In this document: piece after piece, positions 51,444 through 61,200 of the stretch | Layout of the letters: the number at the start of each line of letters is the position of its first letter | Position numbering within the stretch: position 1 is the first letter of the stretch | DNA from: Yuukianura sp. NJ FZ-2021 | Lineage: Eukaryota | Assembly: GCA_046563655.1 (NCBI GenBank) | Contig: CM102284.1 | Span: 8,060,001-8,124,000 of the forward strand | DNA length: 64,000 nucleotides | Direction: 5' to 3' | Notes under the pieces: model-generated | The model's database searches: none | What the model saw: the letters and a program-made list of their open reading frames with translations, nothing else | What the model was told of the DNA's origin: nothing | Program-made: the position numbers and the translations under genes

Positions 51444-54382
51444 TCATCTTTCGTCTTCTTCAGATCTTCCTGCAGCTTCTCTCAGTTCTTGTAGAGTGGT
51501 CGTCAGTTGTTTCGTTTCGGCGGCTGAAACCGGTTCAGCCAGAGCTTGTGTCAGCGCTTCCTCAACAACTTCATAAACGATATGATCCAGAACGAATGCC
51601 GTCAACTCGGGATCGATCGGCTCCGAAGTCGGAGATACTTGTCCAGCATGTTCCGGTTCGGTTTCAGTGTCGACCGAATCCGTCAGCTGTTCGGTTTTCG
51701 GTGTCTCCGAACCCAATGTGATCGTTATCGTCTGATTTGTGTCACCACTGGCAGTTACTGAAGTTTCAACTACTTGGAGCGATGCTTTTTCGCCTGAAGT
51801 ATCCAGTTCAGCACCGCCCAACTTCCTGGACAAGTTGTGGTCAAGCTGGTCCGTTTGGACGGTAGCGTAGGCAATAGTTGTGTCCGGTATATCGCCAATC
51901 ACAATCGTAGAACTTCTTGGAGAAACAACGTGTGAACCGGATGTCGGAGAAGGGATACGGGAATGTGTTCTTAGCGTAGGAATAATTGACGACATTCGTG
52001 GCGACGTCCTGACCACAAACTCGCTTCGTCTTTGGGCTATAAGTTCTTGAGCTAAAAAAAACATAGGTTGTTAATATCGATTAATCATCAATACTTAACT
52101 TAATCATCAATTAATTAGTTCCAAGTCCAACTAGGGGTGTAAATCCGGCACCGCTTTCTAGAAATCCGGATTTCGGATTTTTATGCAAAAATCCGGATTT
52201 CAGATTTTTGACGAATTTTGATTTACATCTGGATTTCGGATTTTGGTGGATTATGATTTACATCTGGATTTCGGATTTTGATTAAAAAAAATCCGGGTTT
52301 CGGATTTTAACTGAAATCCGGATTGCGGATTTGGATTTAATTTCAGATTTCGGACTTGAATTCGAAAATGCGGATTTCAGAGATTTAAAAATCCGGATTT
52401 CAGAGATTTAAAAACACAGATTTCACAATATAGTACTAAGTTGAAACTTGCAACTTACTGTCCTCACGACGACGTTTCACTTCTTGGACATTCAGGATCC
52501 GGCTCTCGAACATTTCATTGAGCAGCGATCTGGCCCGGCCACGCACAAACGCTGACATTCTGGGCTCCAAGTGCTCAAATTCTATCTTTTCAACGCGACT
52601 TTCAGCTTCTCGGATGATTTCGTCAATGAACGCTTCTGCATCAGGTACGACATCATTCACTTTCTGCTCTGCTTCTTCTATGATTCCGTCCACAAAGGCA
52701 TTGAATTCCGGCTGTTGTCGAAAGATCACCTCAAGATCAAGTTCTCCAAGGGCTAAAAGAGTAGCAATGTTGGATGCTGATCCAAAGAACTCCTGCGCAG
52801 CATCCCTAATTTCCTGGACAGTTTCGTCTGACAAGTTGGCATCTTTGAGGAATCGCTTAAACTTGGCCATGTCCCGGAGGATCATGGATGTCCGCATGGC
52901 TTCGGACAGCATTTCGTCGGCAATGAGTCTTCCGAATTCCAGTCGCTTAGCAACATCTTCTGGACTGATTCCAAGTTCAGCAAAACCGGCATTGAAAATG
53001 TCGCCTAACGAGTTCACTTTTTTCAGAGGTGCTTGACTTTCGCGCAGTTTTAGCCCCATTTCGAGCAGTTCGTTGATTAGAGCTGACACGATTTTGTCTC
53101 TAACGAGGATGTGACGAACGGTGAACTCGACTGACGGAGACTCCATGACGGTGGACGAGCGTTCGATTCCATCCAGGTCAAATTTCAAGTCGGAAAATGC
53201 TGACATGTAGTCAGTCAGCTGACGAGTACAGTCAATAACGGCCATTGGATTTTTCATGAGGTAGCGATACGGGTAGCCATGCGTTTCACAGAATTTTTCA
53301 AACGTTGTGCGATCGTAGGACTCGCCACTCCATTGTCTCTGTTTCAAGTACTGCTCAAATGGAACTTTGCACATCAGATCTACAAAAATTTCAGATTTTG
53401 AAAAGGTTGTCATTTTTTGAAAAAAAAAAAGTTCAAAAACGTTTTTCAAAAACTGACCTCGCATGAAGTTCGGTTTCGGGATTTTGATTATTTCACGAAT
53501 CTTGGCAGCAATGACCTAAAAATCATAGTTTTTGAACAATTATTCTAGACTTTTTTTTTAAAGGAAAAATCAAGCATTTTCAATGTTATCTCAGAATTTA
53601 TCTTCAGGATACTTGGCGATATCGCGATATCTCGATAGTGTAGACAAACCTGGATATCTTTGAAATACTTGAGCCCCATTTTACTCAGAGCAGAAGCGTC
53701 AATCGTAATTAGCTTTCTTCCAGAAACGAAATTATTCACAAACATGTCCTGTGGGGAAAAAAAAACAGCTTTTTTTTTGTGAAAATTTTTCCAAATTTCG
53801 AACTTTTTTCAAAATTTTGAACTTTTGAATGTGTTTGACCTTGAGATGTTCATATCCAATTGAACTTATCCATTGTCCAACTTGTTCTACACTCCAGTAG
53901 TAACAGGAAGGCAGATCCGGATCTTCTGGAATGACGACGTCCGGATGTCGATTGGCGTTGATCTGTCTCACGTGAATGATTATCTTTTTGATGTCTCTAA
54001 AATTTCGAAAAACATTTTTAAAAATGTTTTCAAAACTTTTTTGAAAAGTGAACTCGTACTTATCAGAAAGGTATTTGATTGGTGGTTTGATCTTGCGTTT
54101 GACCATTTGGAGCTGGACGTTGAGCCAAGCAGCAGCAGTCTTCGGTACTCGTGTCATCACTGCTCTCATTTGCCTGAAACGAAGTAAACAGAGCATGACG
54201 ACATCCTCCACGGTTCGTTTCGTTTTGTTTTGAATCCGGGTGATTTCGGCTTCGATTTGCGGATCAACAAAGTTCGTGAGGAGCAGAAGATGTTTGTGAG
54301 ATGTCAACTTTCGGAGAGAGTTGGACTCTTTGTCCAATGTCGGAAGTTGCTGCAGTCGCTTCGTCCTACGACGATCCATCAT
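51444..54382 (-). CDS. SAM-domain protein (SAMD15-like domain) with long helical/acidic C-terminal extension
   Basis: Spliced YYWSVEQVGQWISSIGYEHLKDMFVNNFVSGRKLITIDASALSKMGLKYFKDIQVIAAKIR is a SAM fold. Downstream exons at ~52459-53379 and 51444-52053 join with compatible phases. Confidence 0.75.
52132..52432. repeat. Intronic CGGATTT tandem array, probably an old MITE
   Basis: Begins taggggtgtaaatccgg, followed by many ggattt(c)ggattt units; right end degenerate. Confidence 0.55.
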
Positions 54383-54766
54383 TCTGGACGTCTGTCAAGT
54401 TAAAATGGAACGATTAATTGTCAATTGTCGTGATTTTCAGAATTTCAGATTCTAGATTTTCAGAATTTCAAATTCTAGATTTTCAGAATTTCAAATTTTA
54501 GATTTTCAGAATTTCAGAAATCAAAAAACATGAGCATCTTCTGGAGAAAGAATTATGACAAACCAAAATTATTTTTAAAAATTTTACTGTCGTTTCCATG
54601 ACAAAGTGTGGCTATCCTTCCTCGGAATCTTTAAAAAAGTAGAAACTTATCTGAAACTGCCTATATAGCTATCCCGTATCGAAGTAATTCAGCTATCGGT
54701 TATCGAAGTTATCGAGCATTGGATTATCTAAATAAACAACTTTACCAGGATCTAGGATCAGCTGAT

Positions 54767-56072
54767 TTAAATTTTACTTGCTATGCCAGTATTAGAATTG
54801 TGATGGACAAGAAACGTTTTGTTGCCTGATTTGATGAATTTGAGGTTCATGCGACGTAAAACTCTTCTGAAGCTCGTATGACTTCCTTGAAAAGCTTCCT
54901 TCTCCATCGCTTGAGCCATGACGCTGCTGATGGTCGGTCGGATTCTGAAAACAGGCAAATGTTGACGTTAAGCTAACATTTTTTTTCGTACTTGTGCTAA
55001 ATGAATTTTCAAATCACTTACTTGTTTTTGGTCATGTCACGTACAATATTTCTGATTATGGCTTCTTTATGTTTGTCAACTTTATCCAAAACGTGTTTTG
55101 TCTTTGGAGTAGTTGGAGTAGGAACGATAATTTTTCCATGAGTCTCAAACCGATTCCGTACTTTTCCAATAACACCTAAGAAAGGGAGTTAAAAAATTGA
55201 AACAGTTTTTGAAACTTTTTTAAAAATTTTGAATTTTTCATTTTCAATGAACCTGGCGTGACGTTGAGGACTTTTGCTGCTTGTTCCTTCGGATTTCCCA
55301 ACTTCTTGAGAGCGTAAGGGTCATGTTCCGTTCTTTTAAAAAAGTCATAGACATTCAGGATCAACTTCTGTGCTTGTACTGTAAATGTTTGTCCACTGTA
55401 AGAAAATGGGAGTTCCATGATATCCTTGTTACGGACTTTGGGTTTCTTCTTCTTCTCTTCTTCTTCTTGGGGTGGCAGGGATTCTTCAAATTGAATTACT
55501 TCTTGATCAATTACTTCTTGATCAATTACTTCTTGGTCAATTGATGAATGGTACATGATCCCTTGTTCGTCCAAGTCTCCCTCTCCAGGAACTTGTGCAT
55601 AGTGTTCACCTAATAATTCAGTTTCCCTCTGGTCATGATCGTCCAGTCCATTCAGAATGACTTCGTCAAAGGTACTTTTGTCTCCGACGATTATCAAGTC
55701 AGACGGATCGAATCTCTGTTGGTCTTCGTCCATTCCTTGGTCGCCAGACTCTGACCTGTCAGTGACATTGAGTATATTGACTAGTTGCTGACCTGTCACA
55801 TCACCATCAACTACTGCAGATATGACGTAGGTCTGTCCATTGACTTCCAATGTCAACTCGTCTCCAGATGTCGGTAGGTACTGAATGATATCCGCACCGT
55901 TCGCGGACTGTACTTTTGCGCTGTCGTGTTCCGTGAATGATGCAAACCAAGAGGAAGTTGACGGTAGTTGGATAAAAGTGTTACTGTGAGGTTGTCCATC
56001 TGGCTCCAGTGTTTCTTCTTGTTCTGCTGCCGGTATTTCTACGGTTTCCTCTTCACTGGACATTGTTGACAT
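54767..56072 (-). CDS. Acidic protein with C-terminal IS630/Tc1-type transposase-like HTH region, no DDE domain
   Basis: Exons 56072-55253, 55175-55022, 54944-54767 splice in frame via GT-AG introns. C-terminal part reads QAQKLILNVYDFFK...EQAAKVLNVTPGVIGKVRNRF...TP...VDKHKEAIIRNIV...PTISSV...FQGSHTSFRRVLRRMNLKFIK. Confidence 0.8.
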
Positions 56073-57182
56073 GACGGTGTCAAGTTACAGCGGATCAGCT
56101 GATCTGTCCAAGACGTAACTTCGCTATAAAAATGTAGACGAACGTATTAAGGACACCAAAAAACGATCAAATTTAATTGCAATTATGCTAATCTACCCCA
56201 GACAATACTGGCCTACCTACCTAGGCTAGCGGAATTTCTCAATAAATCGATAACTTACCGGATAAGTTGATGAATGAAGATAAAAAAGTAGAGAATCAGC
56301 TGATTTTTTTAAATTTGACAAAAGCAAATACGAAAGATTCCAGTGCAATTGCAAAATAAGTTTTGCAATTGCAGTTCGACCTCTTGAACTTTCGTTGCAA
56401 TGGCATTTGCTACGATTCAAGTTTTTGTAATGGCAAAATCACAAATTGCAATGGCAAAACACCAGATCTTATTGCAATAATTTTATAGCTTTGTATTTCC
56501 TAATGGCATTTCTAACAATTCAACACAATTTGTTTATGACAAAATTGGAAATTGTAATGGCAAAAGTACAAAACACATTTTGTAGTTTTAGAGTTTTGTA
56601 TTTCAGAATGGCAGTTGTTGTGTTTTGTATTTTGTTTATTATTTAGCTTTTTTAGCTAATTTGAATTGTTGTTTTTAAAATAATGATGGGTGGATTTTTT
56701 TTAAATTCCATTTTCAGTAATTTAATTAGCTAATTCATTCTCTACTCGATTTATTGATTGCACAATCAATTAGTAATTGCTAATTCAGTGTTGGCTTTTC
56801 CCCGGGGATTTGATGTTCTCCCCGGGAAATTGGGGTTATCCCCAAATTCCCGGGGATTTGGGGATTATTGGGGCCCTCGCGATGTTTAGTACTGCGCAGG
56901 CGCAGCGTCTGCGCAAAGCCAGAATTCTGTGTAGCTCCACCCCGAACATTCCCACACATTCCCTGTTTTGTTCTTTGTTCAAATCCGTCATCATGAAACT
57001 TTAACTTAATTCCGGTGTTGAACATTTTATATTATATAATATTTACAATTTATTATATTATAATATATAAATATATTATAAATGATATGCAATACCGGAA
57101 TATATGTATAATGATATTTATAATGCCTGTAATTTAATATAATATGCATAAGTTTGATCATATATGTATAATATAACATATA

Positions 57183-57879
57183 CAGGGTGTACCACCAGAA
57201 AGGAAACGCTCGAAAACTAATTTCTTTGTTTATTTGATCGAATATGAGGGGGAAACCGTAGCAAATATTAGGAAAAAAACCTAAACATTTTTTAGTGTGA
57301 ACCAGACCGTGCTAAGTCCCTTGAGTAGAAATTTTTTTTACTGTGAACCAGACCTTGCTAAGTCCGTTGAAGAGAAATTTTTTTACTGTGAACCAGACCT
57401 TGCTAAGTCTCCAGATTATGAAAAATTTTACTGTGAACCAGACCTTGCTAAGTCCGTTGAAGAGAAAATTTTTTACTGTGAACCAGACCTTGCTAAGTCC
57501 GTTGAAGAGAAAATTTTTTACTGTGAACCAGACCTTGCTAAGTCTCCAGATTATGAAAAATTTTACTGTGAACCAGACCTTGCTAAGTCCTTTGAAGAGA
57601 AAATTTTTTACTGTGAACCAGACATTGCTAAGTCCTTTGAAGAGAAAATTTTTTACTGTGAACCAGACATTGCTAAGTCCCTTGAAGAGAAAATTTTTTA
57701 CTGTGAACCAGACCTTGCTAAGTCCGATCGAACGATCAACGGGTCTTGCAGAAATTAAAAAAAAATTTTTTTTAAAGCTCGTTATTATTGAGTACGTTTT
57801 CCCCTCCATGTTTACAAGTTTTTGTTAAGTTGCTCATAGCAACGAATTTTTGGCGTTTCCTTTCTGGTGGTACACCCTG
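57183..57879. mobile_element. Tc1/mariner-type MITE nested in the hAT element
   Basis: Perfect 27-bp TIR cagggtgtaccaccagaaaggaaacgc, flanked by TA on both sides. Confidence 0.9.
57291..57725. repeat. 45-bp minisatellite, 10 conserved cores
   Basis: tgtgaaccagac starts at 57296, 57342, 57387, 57432, 57477, 57522, 57567, 57612, 57657 and 57702. Confidence 0.95.
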
Positions 57880-58233
57880 TATAATACGTTTTATTTATTG
57901 ATAAATTATATATAATATATATATTCAACACATCACTTATGGTTCCCATTATTTGCGTGTTATTAGATAGGAAACCATAAAAAAACTCATACATTTTTCG
58001 TTAAAAAAAACGAAATCCCCATAGAGCCCCAAATCCCCACCTCCGAGCCTGGGGAGAACCCCATTAATCCCCACCCCAGTCCCCAGTGGGAAGGGGGTGC
58101 TGCCAACACTGTGCTAATTAGTTGACTACATTTGTGTTTTCCTCCTTCACAAATTACAGACAGCTGCCAACTCAGCTGTGCTTAATCTTCGGCTTACAAA
58201 TAACTAATTGGCACTTAACAGTTACAGAAAAGT

Positions 58234-61200
58234 ATGAAGCCGCTGCCTCTGGAGGATTTACTGACCGAAATTCCAGTGAAGTACAAACTACAAGTTTCCG
58301 CAACTGCGACTGGACGAAACCTAATTTGCGCTGTTCACATCAACTGGCTTCGGTAAGTCGTTGACCTTTCGTAATTGTAATTCAAATTCAAGTACTTCAA
58401 TTGATCATGTGTTTAATTTGTTTTTCAATCTATCAGATCAGTCATTTCGGAAAAGAAACTTCCGTCTGAATTTGTGAAGCATGAAGCTCTCACTGATGAC
58501 CAAATATTTGCTTTCATCAATCAAGGGAAACCACAACCCTTGGGACCGTTTTGGGCTTTCATTCATGTCAGAGTAAGTAATTAGTCAAGAGAACACTTTG
58601 AATTGAACTTTAACTCAACAGCATGCAAAGCTAATTGAACTTTTAACTCCAAGGTGTACTCCATTTCAAAAGAAATCAAGTTATTCAAAAACCTGAAAAA
58701 AGAGGCTCCGCCGGTGACGATGATGCCATACTTGCCACCAGCCGTCATTGGCCAAGGATCAAATCCAAAAACATGGCCGCAAATTGTTGATTTCATTGGA
58801 GAGGCTAACTTCAACTACGTCCAGGAAAATCCTTACGTGTCACTCTTAGGTAACTCCAGTTTTTATGATCCACTGCTATAATTTATTCCTCTATTATGAT
58901 TTTTTGTTTAGACTTGCCAAATGACCACAACATTGACTCAGGGACATCGCCAGAACCACTGGAACTGCCAGAAGACGAATACTTTCAAAAAGTTCTTGAA
59001 ATACTCTTCGTTGATCACAAGTGCTCAACTGCCCAAGAGTCTGACCAGTCCATGACATCTCCTGGATCACCCCTTCAAGAACTTTCAAGATTCTTCAAGA
59101 TCTCAAATCTCGCTCAACCTCTCTCAATTATTGTCAAGCAAAACGTTGATTCTACGACTGCTCTCCTCTTCTACTCTTATACTGAACATACCCTTCAAGA
59201 CTGTGTGGACTTTTCGCCTCAGAAACTAAACACTTCGTACATGAAGCAACTTTTCGTGATTTACCAAATCCTGCAACTGATCTACGACTTAGAGCTTCTT
59301 GGCATCCATCCTGGCAACTTGACGCTTTGTAACTTCTGGACCGATGACTGTTTGCATGTCACTGGAGCTCCGATTCTCACTGAAGTTCTGAAACAACTTG
59401 AAGTTGAGCCTCCAGTGCCGGTATCCCGAACAGCCGAAGTTGAAATTTTCATTAACTTTGCCATTCAAAAAGTCAAGGACGGAACTTCTCTGGACAAAAC
59501 CGAGCCTCAACTGACGCCGGAACTACTGGAATCCATTATTCGACATTGGTGTGAAGGGCTGGTTTCGAACTTTGAGTATCTCATGTTTCTCAATTACTTG
59601 GCCGGAAGATTTTGCAATGTGAATCCCAACTACCATGCTGTTTTTCCATGGGTCAATGACTTTTCTGGAAGAGGAGGAGGGTGGAGAGACTTGACAAAGT
59701 CCAAGTTTCGGCTCAACAAAGGCGAAAGGCAGTTGGATTTGATGTTTGAAGAAAAAGGCGGAGGTGCTGGGACGCCAGTAAGTTCAAATTCAAAGTTTAA
59801 TGTTTAGTTCGTTTTCGAATTTTAGTTTTCTGATACTTTCAGATCCCACATCATGTGACGGATATTTTGTCGGAAATTACGTACTACGTCTACAAGGCTC
59901 GTCAAACTCCGAAAGAAGTTTTGTGCAAGTTCGTTCGTCCAAAGTGGGTTCCAGCGGAGTATCCAGTTTCTATCCAGCGTATGGCTGAGTGGACTCCGGA
60001 TGAATGCATTCCAGAATTCTACGATGATCCAACCATTTTCACTTCAATTCACTCGGACTTACCTGATTTGTTACCTCCATCCTGGTCATCATCTCCAGAA
60101 GAATTTATAGAACAACATAGAAAACTGCTAGAGAGTGATCAAGTATCTTCTAAACTTCATCACTGGATTGACCTTACTTTTGGATACAAATTGAACGGAG
60201 TTCCAGCTGCAAAATCAAAAAACGTTTACTTGTCGATTGCTGACAATCATCAAAATCTAACCAAAACTGGAATCGTTCAACTCTTCCAGACGCCACATCC
60301 ACCACGTCGTAGTCCTCGCAGAGACTTGAAGAATCAGGTCAAGTTCATTGACCTCAAAAGTATGCCAACATTTCATCATCAACATCAAAATTTTGAAGCT
60401 AAAAATGTTTTTCTTTTGCTTAAAACGTTTTGCTTTCGCTTGAAACGTTTTTATTTCCATTAAAACGTTTTTATTTCACTTAAAACGTTTTGATTTCGCT
60501 TAAAACGTTTTTCTTTCGCTAAAAACGTTTTTCTTTTTGTTTCTTTTTTTTTCAGGAATGAGGGAAGGCGACACTAGTCATGACAAGGACAACTTGACGC
60601 TTCCGAGAAACTACGATCCGTGTGGCTTTTTGAACGATTTTGAAGTTTGTTTCAAGTTTTTCAAAACTCACTTCAACAATACCGCTGGAATTCATCTAAA
60701 AGATGTCAAACCACATCACTGTCTTGACCAAACTTGTTCGTCCTATGATGGATCTCCATCCTCCGATTATGTCAAACTCTTCGGTTGTCTCATGATAGAA
60801 CTTCTACTACCGTCGAAACTGCACTACATTTCCAGCAAACTACGTTCTGTCTCTCACCGATTTGAATTCTACCAAAAACAACTCAGAAACTTCGAACCTC
60901 TTCCGATTTTTATGAAACGGGTTATTCAAGCTATCTTCTCACGCAAGGAATCACTGGCCTTTGCTATTCCACTGGAAATTTCAATTGAACTTCTTCTACT
61001 GAACAAAGGATTGAGTCCAATTCCATTTCCAACGTACTTCCCTGCTGTATACAAACTAGTCCGAAGTTTACGAAATTATGACACGACACTCCGAACAGCT
61101 GATCCGCTGGATGTCGATTTCCGGACGAAAGTGGAGGAACTGAAAGTGAAGTCATTTGCAAGAGATTTGATTCAAATTTTGAAAGATTTTGATGAAGAGG

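Larger units (their letters stand above)
56786..58111. mobile_element. Non-autonomous hAT-like DNA transposon
   Basis: TIR cagtgttggc / gccaacactg, perfect 8-bp TSD tgctaatt (56778-56785, 58112-58119), subterminal ggggatt / aatcccc repeats. Confidence 0.9.

Noticed and set aside
33419-53036. Numerous antisense ORFs overlapping the called genes
   Set aside because: Shadow frames of real coding exons.
54767-56072. Active autonomous transposon
   Set aside because: No DDE catalytic domain, no flanking TIR or TSD, and it contains spliceosomal introns.
57291-57725. CRISPR array
   Set aside because: Linkers are short, re-used and of two types; the array lies inside a eukaryotic MITE; no cas genes.
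57297-57828. ORFs encoding FYCEPDLAKS repeats
   Set aside because: By-product of a 45-bp period, open in several frames, inside a non-autonomous TE.
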